Made by a program: the position numbers and the translations under genes
Notes under the pieces: model-generated
Databases searched by the model: none
What the model saw: only the letters and a program-made list of their open reading frames with translations
What the model was told of the DNA's origin: nothing
Source: Saccharofermentanales bacterium
GTDB lineage: Bacteria > Bacillota > Clostridia > Saccharofermentanales > DTU023
NCBI GenBank assembly: GCA_050951845.1
Contig: JBMNJV010000001.1
Location: 102,905-166,904 of the forward strand
DNA length: 64,000 nt
Direction of reading: 5' to 3'
Shown here: in pieces, positions 18,106-26,888 of the stretch
Numbering within the stretch: the stretch's first letter is position 1
Layout: each line of letters begins with the position of its first letter

Positions 18106-19857
18106 TTACCGTTTATCTTCAATTTCTAAAATTTCACCAACAAAAACCCAGTGTGGCTGCCATTCACCATTTTCATCCACAGGGAATGATTTAGGGTTGG
18201 CTTTGTAGTATTCCTGTACATCCGTGGCAATATCCTCTCTGGCAAACCCGTGCTGGTAAATTTTTCTACAGAGAAACGTTAAATTTGCTTCCTCGTAAGT
18301 TACGCTGTCGCCCATAGCAACGGGTGTAAGTCCTGCTGCCTCCGCTTTATTACCGGCGCGGCCTGAATGAGATCCCATATATCCCAACGCTTCCTTGCAG
18401 CTTGAAGGGAAAAAACTGACCGTAAAGGTCTCATTCTTCATTAAAAATTCATGTGTATACCGGGCAGGATGGAGGTACACAGTTAAGACAGCCCCGGTTT
18501 TTCCCGGTCTTGTCCACAGAGTACCCGAGCTGCCCCAGCCGATAGTACAGGAATTAAAATGTTCCATGTTCCCGGCAGTTACAAGCGCCTTCTGCTTTTG
18601 GAAAAGAGAAAATACCTCAGTATCTTTCTCTTCAGAATTGTTTATTTTGTTAATACTGCTCTTTTTCTTTCTCCTTCTCTTTTTCCTTATTTTCCTGATA
18701 AGACTGATAACTAAGATTAACAATACAACCAGCAATAATAACAAACCTGCTCCGATTAAGAGACGTTTCTGTAATAAGACCCCTAACCAAGGAACAAACA
18801 AACCGGGTAAAGGTTCCGAAACAATATCCCGATAATAAAGCATTTTTGTATCATATTCAGAAGGCCGGTCTGCATACAAGGTCAACAATCTGGCACCATG
18901 CTCGTTTCCGCGTCCATACATATAAAAGCCGATTCCGGAAGTAGTGATCAGATCAATTCCTTCAACTGTGCCACAGTAATCATTCAGATGATCATGTCCG
19001 AAAAACGCAGCTTTTACACCCATTGATTTCCATGCAGAAAACTCTCCGCTGTCGTACTCGGAAGAACAGGGACCTTCTCCCAGATTACCTGCCCAAATAT
19101 AATCCGGATTTGGTGTATACCACTTTTTTAAAAAATCTGATCCATAACTAGTTACTGCTCCCTTTGTCCCGAAAGGAACTTCATCCAGCATTTCATAAAC
19201 CTGAGGAACAGGAATATGTTGAAATACATATGAAACGGGTGATTTGTAACGAGTCAGGAATTCATCGTTTGCCTGAAGCATCCATTCATTTTGTTCTTCA
19301 GTCACATAGCCATATTTTCCCCGTCCGGGTTCAGCATATGTACCGCTATCCAAAAACCAAAGAATCAGAGGGCTCTCCGGAATAAGCGGATTCTCAATCA
19401 GCAAAGAATAGTTTCCGGCTCCCGGCATTTTCTCTCCTTCGACAGCTAAGCATCCGGGATATGATTGGTATATCAGAAGTTGTTCTGCATTGGTTAAACC
19501 GGATTCATAATCATGATTCCCGAACACTAACGCAAACGGGATTTCACGTTTGACCACAGGTTGAATTATAGCATCAATGGCTTTTTTAACATTTTCCACG
19601 CCTTGCGTGTCCGGTCCCTGGATCATATCACCCAAAAAAACAACTAAATCCGGATCCGCAACGTCTAAAGCAGAATTAAGCAGCGTCAGCATTGCCTGCT
19701 GGGGTTGAGCTGTGTCTTGTGTATCTGCCACAATCAAAATCTTAAACTGCTGATTATCATCAAACGACAGATAATGTGCCGGTTCCGCATTTACATCCGC
19801 TCGGCACAACATCACCGTCATTAACAGAATAACCAAAAACAATACCAAGCGCCGCAT
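18106..19857 (-). CDS. Secreted calcineurin-like metallophosphoesterase fused via a TM helix and Lys/Arg-rich stop-transfer to a C-terminal flavin-reductase-like (FMN-binding split-barrel) domain
   Basis: 583 aa from ATG 19857 (AAGGAGG RBS).
- Signal peptide: MRRLVLFLVILLMTVMLCRADVNA.
- MPE motifs: ILIVADTQD, FLGDMIQG, VFGNHDYE, FFGHDH.
- TM: LLIGAGLLLLLVVLLILVISLI, followed by RKIRKKRRRKKK.
- C-terminus: ALVTAGNMEHFNSCTIGWGSSGTLW... resembles flavin reductase family proteins. Confidence 0.75.
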   Translation of the reverse strand: MRRLVLFLVILLMTVMLCRADVNAEPAHYLSFDDNQQFKILIVADTQDTAQPQQAMLTLLNSALDVADPDLVVFLGDMIQGPDTQGVENVKKAIDAIIQPVVKREIPFALVFGNHDYESGLTNAEQLLIYQSYPGCLAVEGEKMPGAGNYSLLIENPLIPESPLILWFLDSGTYAEPGRGKYGYVTEEQNEWMLQANDEFLTRYKSPVSYVFQHIPVPQVYEMLDEVPFGTKGAVTSYGSDFLKKWYTPNPDYIWAGNLGEGPCSSEYDSGEFSAWKSMGVKAAFFGHDHLNDYCGTVEGIDLITTSGIGFYMYGRGNEHGARLLTLYADRPSEYDTKMLYYRDIVSEPLPGLFVPWLGVLLQKRLLIGAGLLLLLVVLLILVISLIRKIRKKRRRKKKSSINKINNSEEKDTEVFSLFQKQKALVTAGNMEHFNSCTIGWGSSGTLWTRPGKTGAVLTVYLHPARYTHEFLMKNETFTVSFFPSSCKEALGYMGSHSGRAGNKAEAAGLTPVAMGDSVTYEEANLTFLCRKIYQHGFAREDIATDVQEYYKANPKSFPVDENGEWQPHWVFVGEILEIEDKR

Positions 19858-19984
19858 ACGAACCTCCTTCACAAACGAACAATTCAATAGAGTTAAATAC
19901 TGATATATTTATCATAAACAGTATAACATCTTGTGCATTAATAACGATCGGAGATCCGGTGAATATTTTTCCTGGCAGTGTAAG

Positions 19985-20070
19985 TCTTCTATTTTATGGC
20001 GTAGAATTCAGGTCCAGAGAAATCCCGACATCGGCAGCCGAGATCTTCTATTTTATGGCGTGTAATTCAG
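19985..20070. repeat. Two 27-bp direct repeats (19985-20011, 20044-20070; 25/27 identical) upstream of the metallophosphoesterase gene
   Basis: tcttctattttatggcgtAGaattcag versus tcttctattttatggcgtGTaattcag, read directly. Confidence 0.7.
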
Positions 20071-20103
20071 AGCAACGTCCTGCTGATTCAACAACAGTAT
20101 TCT

Positions 20104-20859
20104 TTATAAAAACAAATAATTATTCTTGTAACCACCCAGGATCGGTGCCATCTTTTCGCCTGTTTTTTTCATGAAATCGGAATCTAAATCCCGTGCATGT
20201 ACAGGACATATACCGATACAGCGCATACAGCTGATGCATTGATCTTTATCGGTCATACGGGGATTATCAAAGTCAATCGCAGAAACCGGACAATTTTTTG
20301 CACATAAACCGCAGGCGATACAGTTTTCATTTCCCTCGGGTTTGAAAGGCAGAACATTGTAGTCTTTATATATATCATGACTTCCCGGAAGATCTAACGG
20401 ACCATATTCATGACTTTTTAGTTTATTCTGAATTTTTTCGGCAAAACCAGTTAGTTCGGCAGAATCTTTCGCATCAGGACGACCTGTTGCATACTGACGA
20501 AAAATTGAATGTTCAGCAACTGCTGCAATAGCGGCAATGCAAACAAAACCAAGTTTTTCTAACGTATCTTGCAGCTCAGTCAAAGTATCCTCCCAAGCAC
20601 GATTACCATAAACACAATTGAGGATTGCTTTTGCTCCATGTGCGGAAATTTTTCGGAGTCGTTCGATTACAATTTTAGGAACTCGCCCGCCATATGTAGG
20701 AACAGATACAACACAAAGATCTTGTTCAGCTAAACTTAAGCTTTCAATTTCCTGACATAAATCAATTTCTTGATACTCATCCGACAAAGATTTCACAAGA
20801 ATATCTGCAACCTTTTTTGTACCGCCTGTCGGACTGAAATGAATACTGTAATGTGACAT
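20104..20859 (-). CDS. Flavodoxin-like protein with C-terminal 2x[4Fe-4S] ferredoxin domain (EFR1-type)
   Basis: 251 aa. N-terminus IHFSPTGGTKKVADIL. C-terminus CIACGLCAKNCP and CISCMRCIGICP. Confidence 0.8.
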   Translation of the reverse strand: MSHYSIHFSPTGGTKKVADILVKSLSDEYQEIDLCQEIESLSLAEQDLCVVSVPTYGGRVPKIVIERLRKISAHGAKAILNCVYGNRAWEDTLTELQDTLEKLGFVCIAAIAAVAEHSIFRQYATGRPDAKDSAELTGFAEKIQNKLKSHEYGPLDLPGSHDIYKDYNVLPFKPEGNENCIACGLCAKNCPVSAIDFDNPRMTDKDQCISCMRCIGICPVHARDLDSDFMKKTGEKMAPILGGYKNNYLFL

Positions 20860-21020
20860 AATATCATGACCTCCCCTTCAAAACACTTACCATGCAGTTA
20901 ATAAACTCTAATTTATTATTCATTATATCAAAAACATTTTTCTCCGGTTGGCTTATCCCTATCGGGAACTACATAGGATGTTTTCCGTAATGTACGTTTC
21001 CTCATGAGATTATTTTCAGG

Positions 21021-21464
21021 TCATTCCGGTCTGGTAAAGATTTCCAGCTTTCCTGTCTCCATATCGATGACTGCAAGCATACAGGTTGGCATGATTAGAA
21101 TCTGACCTGTCAAGTCTTCGGCCAGGGCTTCTATTTCCGGATTGTGACCTATCAGGAGGAGGGAGTCAAAGTTCACTTGCTTTATAAGACCCTTAAGGGT
21201 ATAAACTGATGCGGCGTAGATTTCATCCATGTATTCAATTTCTCCCTGATAGGCATAAGACTCCAGTAGCAGATCCAGGGTCTCCCTTGTTCTCTGCGCA
21301 CCGGAACAGAATATGCGATCAATTTCAAAGGCCTTTTCTTGAAAATACTTACCCATAGCCTCAGCTTGTCTCCTGCCCCGGCTATTTAAGGGCCTGTCAT
21401 AGTCTCTGAGTGCGGGATTACTCCAGCTGCTCTTGGCGTGTCTCAGCAAATATAATTTTTTCAT
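21021..21464 (-). CDS. SixA-like phosphohistidine phosphatase (histidine phosphatase superfamily)
   Basis: 147 aa from the internal ATG at 21464 (MKKLYLLRHAKSSW...RPLNSRGRRQA...GHNPE). GAGGTG RBS lies inside the repeat edge. The 92-codon upstream extension in the ORF track is rejected. Confidence 0.8.
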   Translation of the reverse strand: MKKLYLLRHAKSSWSNPALRDYDRPLNSRGRRQAEAMGKYFQEKAFEIDRIFCSGAQRTRETLDLLLESYAYQGEIEYMDEIYAASVYTLKGLIKQVNFDSLLLIGHNPEIEALAEDLTGQILIMPTCMLAVIDMETGKLEIFTRPE

Positions 21465-21479
21465 GGAATCACCTCGTAT

Positions 21480-21650
21480 TTTATTTTTTATTTTCCTGCT
21501 ATTCCTGCCAATAGTATAGGCACAAAGGACTGTTCTTTGGTTTGGCTTTACATATGTATAAGGAACCAACAAACCGGGCGAAAGTTCTGAAACAATATCA
21601 CGATAAAAAAGTATAACCCTGATATATTTCTGATAAACAGTATAACATCC
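21480..21650 (-). pseudogene. Internally deleted remnant of a paralogue of the 18106-19857 metallophosphoesterase gene
   Basis: 21560-21611 matches 18789-18840 at 45/52 nt (codons for YYRDIVSE.LPGL.VP). 21620-21649 matches the 5' flank 19901-19930 at 28/30 nt. The two segments are 8 bp apart here but 1,060 bp apart in the intact gene. Confidence 0.7.
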
Positions 21651-21977
21651 GGTACATCTGGTTTGGCAGCATAATATTAAAAAATAATCTGTCTTAGTCA
21701 GGTAGTCAGGTCTGCCAGGAACGTATATCGCCAACATCAAAAAAAATCCGGAAAATACTGATTATAAATCCAAATTGTTGAGTAAGAACAAAAATCAAAT
21801 AATACTACTTCGTTTCTTGTTCTGCATCTATCAAAGATCTCAATAAAACCTTTACAAAAAACCAAGCTGCTTCACCATTTTTCATCTAAATTTGATAAGA
21901 TAATCACTATAAATATTTGTTGCTTTCAATTATCAGTGTTTTTACAGATCAGCGAAAGTATAAAAGGGGAATTTGTT

Positions 21978-22769
21978 ATGAATCTTATACTTTTCTTTGT
22001 CAGTTTTTTAGCAAGTGTAGTGGGTGCTATCTGCGGAATCGGTGGCGGGGTCATCATAAAACCCCTGTTGGATAGCCTGTCGATCGCTTCCGTTTCCACC
22101 ATAAGCTTTTTATCAGGATGCACGGTACTTGGTATGACACTATATTCCGTTTCCAAAAGTATAAGATCGGGAGATAGCCAGGTAGATTATAAAATCGCCA
22201 CGCCTTTGGCAATTGGTGCCGCATTTGGCGGTGTCGCCGGAAAATATTTGTACACATCCATTAAAGACGCATCTCCTGATCCGGAACTGGTCGGGGCTTA
22301 TCAGGCAATAGCTCTCGCAGTTATTACTGTCGGTACATTGATCTATACCATCTTCAAAGATAAAGTAAAAACACATCAATTAACAAATAAAGTCGCTTGT
22401 TTAGTTATCGGACTTTTACTTGGCATGATGTCCAGCTTTTTAGGAATCGGCGGTGGTCCGATCAACTTGGTAGTCTTATATTTCTTCTTTTCCATGTCCA
22501 CCAAAATCGCTGCACAAAACAGTCTCTATATAATATTGCTCAGTCAAATTACAAGTGTTTTATCTACTATTCTTGCCGGAGAAGTACCGGAATTTTCAGT
22601 AATCTGGCTGGTTATTATGGTAATTGGCGGAATCGGCGGCGGTATAGCCGGAAGATACATCAATACTTTTATTGATGATGCAAAGGTCAATAAACTGTTT
22701 ATCGGACTGATGGTAGTTATCATAGGAATCAGCATCTATAATTCATGGCGTTTCTTAAATGTTTCCTGA
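21978..22769 (+). CDS. TauE/SafE (DUF81) family sulfite/sulfonate-type anion exporter
   Basis: 263 aa from ATG 21978 (RBS AAGGGGA). Multi-TM. Duplicated GIGGG(V/P)I motifs (ICGIGGGVIIKPLL, LGIGGGPINLVVL). Confidence 0.8.
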   Translation: MNLILFFVSFLASVVGAICGIGGGVIIKPLLDSLSIASVSTISFLSGCTVLGMTLYSVSKSIRSGDSQVDYKIATPLAIGAAFGGVAGKYLYTSIKDASPDPELVGAYQAIALAVITVGTLIYTIFKDKVKTHQLTNKVACLVIGLLLGMMSSFLGIGGGPINLVVLYFFFSMSTKIAAQNSLYIILLSQITSVLSTILAGEVPEFSVIWLVIMVIGGIGGGIAGRYINTFIDDAKVNKLFIGLMVVIIGISIYNSWRFLNVS

Positions 22770-22884
22770 AAAATGAACTACTCTGAAATTTTTAAAGTAT
22801 TATTTACAAATTTTAGAAAATACTGATTTTTTATTTAATAGAAAAAAATATAAATTCAAGATAGGAAAAGATATAAATTCAAGA

Positions 22885-24009
22885 TTACCGGTTTCTCGCG
22901 ACCAATTGAGCAAGATGTTGTAATTTGGGAAAAACATGCTCAAAGAACATCAAGTATCCTCGACAGAAACGATTTTGCAGATCTGCATTTTCGTTGACGA
23001 TACGATGACGATAACAACCATTACGACATAAATAAAAGAATTGACAATTCTTACAAGCTTCAGGTGTGACACGTGAACGATCCTCAAAATCCCGGGCAAT
23101 TTCGGACTGAAGCATTTGTTCAATCGAATCATGCTGAACCGTTCCGAGTAAATAATCATCTGTCATGTAAAAATCACAGGGATACACACTGCCATCCGCT
23201 TCTATAATCACGCTGGCAGCACATAAACCACGCTGTTCACAAGATTCAGGCATGATACCGAACATCAGATCCAGATAATTTTCGAATTGTCTGATATACG
23301 GCGCCCGGCCTTTAAGAGCATCTTCATACCAGAGATCAAATAAGCGAATTAAAAATTTTCCGTATGCTTCAGCTGTGAGAGACCATTCCTGCGGATTTTC
23401 TTTGTTGTCGAAATCAATCGGATCCAGACAAGCAATATATTGTTGATATAAGAGGCCGTTCTCTTTGTAGAATTGATAAATCTCGGAAATCGCTTCGGCA
23501 GTCTCTTTATGGACAACTGTCAGAATATTATAATCTACGTTAAATTTATTAAATAAATTTAACGTTTTAATAATTTCATTAAAAGTACCGTTTCCCGAAG
23601 GATCCTTGCGATATTTATCATGCGTTCTTTGAATGCCATCTACCGAGATACCTGCCAAGAATCTGTTTTGAGCAAAAAAAGATGCCCATTCAGCGCTGAG
23701 TTTATAACCATTCGTTTGAATCGCTCTGTAAACAGGAATGCCCCTGCTATTATGTTTTTCTTCGAGCTCAACATATTTTTGAAAGAAATCAAGTCCTGCC
23801 AAAGTAGGTTCTCCGCCTTGCCAAGAGATGGAACAGCTTTGATCAGCATATTCAAAAATCATTTGGAGAGTTTTATCCAAAGTTTCAATATTCATAAAAC
23901 CGCGGCATCCCTCTTCCCGATATTGCATTTCATCTTCATAGAAGCAATATTGACAACGCATATTGCACATACCGGATGCAGGTTTAATCATGACATTAAG
24001 ATGAGGCAT
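22885..24009 (-). CDS. Anaerobic sulfatase-maturating enzyme (radical SAM/SPASM)
   Basis: 374 aa from ATG 24009 (AAGGAG RBS). CNMRCQYC radical-SAM motif. C-terminal SPASM Cys clusters (CEQRGLCAAS, CDFY, CKNCQFFYLCRNGC). A Cys-type sulfatase is in the same locus. Confidence 0.85.
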   Translation of the reverse strand: MPHLNVMIKPASGMCNMRCQYCFYEDEMQYREEGCRGFMNIETLDKTLQMIFEYADQSCSISWQGGEPTLAGLDFFQKYVELEEKHNSRGIPVYRAIQTNGYKLSAEWASFFAQNRFLAGISVDGIQRTHDKYRKDPSGNGTFNEIIKTLNLFNKFNVDYNILTVVHKETAEAISEIYQFYKENGLLYQQYIACLDPIDFDNKENPQEWSLTAEAYGKFLIRLFDLWYEDALKGRAPYIRQFENYLDLMFGIMPESCEQRGLCAASVIIEADGSVYPCDFYMTDDYLLGTVQHDSIEQMLQSEIARDFEDRSRVTPEACKNCQFFYLCRNGCYRHRIVNENADLQNRFCRGYLMFFEHVFPKLQHLAQLVARNR

Positions 24010-24054
24010 AAAAACTCCTTGATTTCTTTGATTGTACAAACTATTTTACAGTAA

Positions 24055-24101
24055 TGATTGAAATTCAACAAGTTTTAAATAATTTGATTGATTTTCAATC
24101 A
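24055..24101. promoter_or_regulatory. Two TGATTGA-type palindromes (TGATTGAAATTCAACA 24055-24070; TGATTGA-TTT-TCAATCA 24085-24101) in the anSME/deoR divergent region
   Basis: Read directly. Related half-sites recur downstream of deoR (TGATTGAAT 24952-24960; ATTCAATA 24981-24988). Candidate DeoR operator. Confidence 0.4.
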
Positions 24102-24109
24102 CAAAATGC

Positions 24110-24138
24110 TTGATTTATGAAGAAATCTGTGTTACAAT
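24110..24138 (+). promoter_or_regulatory. Candidate sigma-A promoter of the DeoR gene (TTGATT-17-TACAAT)
   Basis: Hexamers and spacing read in the sequence, about 35 nt upstream of the start codon. Confidence 0.45.
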
Positions 24139-24171
24139 CATCAACAAAGATACAAAAAGGGAGCATAGCGC

Positions 24172-24942
24172 TTGAGAAAAGAAAAAAGAAGAGCTCATAT
24201 CATGGAAATGCTTCAGCACAGCAATACGGTTTTGATCCAGGATATTGTTGATGCTACAGGCGTTTCAGAAGCCACTATCCGAAGAGATATCATCTATCTG
24301 GAATCTGTCGGGGCATTGAAAAGATTTTGGGGAGGCGTACAGAGGTTAGAAACACCGGACAACCTCCGTAAAGCAGGCCTTATTAGTTACAAGTCCCGCC
24401 ACGATTTTGATGCTATCGGCAGTTTGGCTGCTTCCCGCTTAAAAGATAATCAATTAATATTCATAGGCTCAGGGATGACTACACTATCCATGATTCCTTA
24501 TATAAAGAACAGAAGTATCTCCGTTATTACTAACGGAATCCCGCAACTGGAAGCTTTATACGAAAAACGTATTCAAGCTCTTTTATTATGCGGTTTTTTT
24601 AAAGAGTACTCCCGGTCCCTTGTCGGAAAGGAAGCTCTTGAAATGCTTGCAAAATATAAGTTTGATCACGCCTTCCTCGGAGTCCACGGTATCGACGATA
24701 AACTTAATCTCCTTTCAGCCGATAATTACGAAGAATCAATCAAGAAAATTTGTATCCGTCAGTCTCGTCAAACTTACCTGCTTGCAGATAAAAGCAAGTT
24801 TTCCCGTACAGCCTATTATACTCTGCCGGCAGAAGATGCACGAGACACTATTTTAATCACAGATCAAAAACCTTTCGAGCATCCGGAATGGATTGAAAAA
24901 GACGGAGGATATATCGGAAAGATCGAAAATCTATTAAGATAA
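24172..24942 (+). CDS. DeoR-family transcriptional regulator
   Basis: 256 aa, TTG start with GGGAG RBS. HTH is IQDIVDATGVSEATIRRDIIYLESVGALKR, followed by a DeoR C-terminal sugar-phosphate sensor domain. Confidence 0.85.
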   Translation: MRKEKRRAHIMEMLQHSNTVLIQDIVDATGVSEATIRRDIIYLESVGALKRFWGGVQRLETPDNLRKAGLISYKSRHDFDAIGSLAASRLKDNQLIFIGSGMTTLSMIPYIKNRSISVITNGIPQLEALYEKRIQALLLCGFFKEYSRSLVGKEALEMLAKYKFDHAFLGVHGIDDKLNLLSADNYEESIKKICIRQSRQTYLLADKSKFSRTAYYTLPAEDARDTILITDQKPFEHPEWIEKDGGYIGKIENLLR

Positions 24943-25025
24943 AGTCACTTCTGATTGAATTTCGATCATCAATGACCGAGATTCAATAAGTAACTTAAAA
25001 ATCAGTCAAAAATCAGTCAAAACTG

Positions 25026-25055
25026 TTGACACGTTCATATTGGGTACGCTATATT
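25026..25055 (+). promoter_or_regulatory. Candidate promoter of the PTS-sulfatase operon (TTGACA-18-TATATT), preceded by an 11-bp tandem aaaatcagtca x2 (24997-25018)
   Basis: Read in the sequence. About 100-nt leader with inverted repeat ATATGTAACAT/ATGTTGCATAT. Confidence 0.4.
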
Positions 25056-25159
25056 TTAATATGTAACATAGGTAACGGCATGTTGCATATTTCATAAAAA
25101 TCCTTTTCTATGTTTAGCCGGCATAGACAAATGGAACAAATTTTTAAGGAGGGCTACGT

Positions 25160-26491
25160 ATGGACAAGGTTATTAATTTTCTGGTTAATGACTTACTAAC
25201 TACCCCTACCATCGTTATCGGTTTACTGATCATGCTTGGATATATCCTGCAAAAGGAGTCCGCTGTTAAAGTTATTACCGGTACTGTCAGCGCCATGGTA
25301 GGTATGCAATTAATCGTCTTCGGCGGAGGACAATTTTCAAATCTTTTCAAACCAATCACTGAAGCTGTTGCTGCAAAAACGGGAGTTCAAGGATATTTAA
25401 TGGACTCCTATGCTATGAGAACAGCAAGCTTAGAGGCTTTAGGAGATAAAGCCGGTTGGATGGGATATGTTTTCCTGATTGCATTCGCAGTAAATATTCT
25501 ACTCGTGTATTTCGGAAAATATACAAAAGCAAGAGGTGTTTTCTTAACAGGTAATGCCGGTACAGCTCACTCACAAGGTATGCTTTGGCTAATGGTCGCA
25601 AACTTTGCTTTATCATCACCTGTTCTGATTATTGCTTCCGGTGTTATTGTAGGTATCTACTGGGCCTACTCCACAACTTTAGCAGCCAAAGTTGTCGATG
25701 AAGTTACAGAAGGTGGCGGCTTTACGGTCGGACATAACCAGCAAGTCGGCATTTGGTTCTTCGGACGTTTAGCAGAAAAAATGGCACCGAAGAAAAAAGA
25801 CAAAAAGATCCTTGACTGTGATCACCTGGAACTTCCGGGCTGGCTGGCGATATTTAACAACAACGTTGTTTCTATCGCTATTCTGATGACCATTTTCGTC
25901 GGACTTTTCTGCATTCCTCTAGGCTTTGAAGGTCTTCAGGAATTAGCCGGCAAGAAACACTGGAGTATCTTCCTGATCTTATTAGGAATCCAATTCTCCA
26001 TGTTCATGGTTATCTTGCTCCAAGGTGTTCGTATGCTTTGTTCAGAATTAACAGCATCATTCCAAGGTATCCAACAAAAAATTGTACCTAATGCAGTTCC
26101 CGCTATTGACGTTGCAGCTTTATTACCTTTCTCACCGAACGCAACAACTTTCGGATTCTTATTCTGTACACTGGGAACCGTCATTTCCATGCTTATCTTA
26201 AGTGCTACAGGCAGTCCTATCATGGTTCTTCCGGGATTCACACCTCTCTTCTTCTCAGGTGGTCCTATCGGTGTTGTAGCTAATAAAAAGGGCGGCTTAA
26301 AAGCAGTTATTATTTGCTGTACTTTACTCGGTGTAATTCAAACTTTCGGTACCGTATGGGCAATCACACAAATGAACTATCCGGAAGGTATGGGATGGTC
26401 CGGTATGTTTGACCTTTCAACAGTATGGCCGGCACTCATTCAAGTATTACGTTGGATCGGCAGTGTTTTCGGATTTACTATTGCTTATTAG
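25160..26491 (+). CDS. PTS EIIC, L-ascorbate (UlaA/SgaT) family
   Basis: 443 aa polytopic membrane protein. Overall pattern is typical of UlaA-type IIC. RBS AAGGAGGG. Confidence 0.8.
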   Translation: MDKVINFLVNDLLTTPTIVIGLLIMLGYILQKESAVKVITGTVSAMVGMQLIVFGGGQFSNLFKPITEAVAAKTGVQGYLMDSYAMRTASLEALGDKAGWMGYVFLIAFAVNILLVYFGKYTKARGVFLTGNAGTAHSQGMLWLMVANFALSSPVLIIASGVIVGIYWAYSTTLAAKVVDEVTEGGGFTVGHNQQVGIWFFGRLAEKMAPKKKDKKILDCDHLELPGWLAIFNNNVVSIAILMTIFVGLFCIPLGFEGLQELAGKKHWSIFLILLGIQFSMFMVILLQGVRMLCSELTASFQGIQQKIVPNAVPAIDVAALLPFSPNATTFGFLFCTLGTVISMLILSATGSPIMVLPGFTPLFFSGGPIGVVANKKGGLKAVIICCTLLGVIQTFGTVWAITQMNYPEGMGWSGMFDLSTVWPALIQVLRWIGSVFGFTIAY

Positions 26492-26569
26492 ACATATTAA
26501 ATTAATTGCTAAAGCATCTAAAATTGTATATTAATCTTATCATTAAGCATTCATTGAAAGGAGTTTATT

Positions 26570-26887
26570 ATGAGTAAAAGTTCAATCAACGTATTATTTG
26601 TTTGCGGTATGGGTATGGGCACAAGCACCATGGCAGAACTCGGTGTTAAAAGAGAATTAAAACCTCTGAAAATCAGCGCTGAAGTTGATCATACTTCACT
26701 CGGCATGATGGCATCTCGCAGAGAATGGGCAGATATCATTGTGATCTTAAGAAATCTCTTTACCGAAGTTGTGCCGCAAGAAGGTGAGTTCTTTATTCCG
26801 GTTGTCAACGTCATGGCTTCCAAAGATATCGCAGCTCAAATTAACGAAATTGTTGTAGAACATTTCCCGGGTGCAAAGGAGAGTTAA
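26570..26887 (+). CDS. PTS EIIB (UlaB-like)
   Basis: 105 aa. Phospho-Cys loop is VLFVCGMGMGTSTM. RBS AAAGGAG. Confidence 0.8.
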   Translation: MSKSSINVLFVCGMGMGTSTMAELGVKRELKPLKISAEVDHTSLGMMASRREWADIIVILRNLFTEVVPQEGEFFIPVVNVMASKDIAAQINEIVVEHFPGAKES

Positions 26888-26888
26888 G

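Noticed and set aside
21465-21740. 92-codon N-terminal extension of the SixA-like ORF (MMLAIYVPGRPDY...; also the 91-aa ORF at 47211-47486)
   Set aside because: There is no RBS at its start. An internal ATG with a GAGGTG RBS gives a normal-length SixA-like protein. The extension is a read-through of the metallophosphoesterase-gene relic, and in copy 2 the same 'ORF' is attached to a different gene.
22885-24009. Radical-SAM/SPASM enzyme as a RiPP maturase, with the 85-aa ORF at 36856 as a possible precursor
   Set aside because: A Cys-type sulfatase with an intact CxPxR target motif lies in the same locus. This is the canonical anSME context. The small ORF is 13 kb away in a different cluster.
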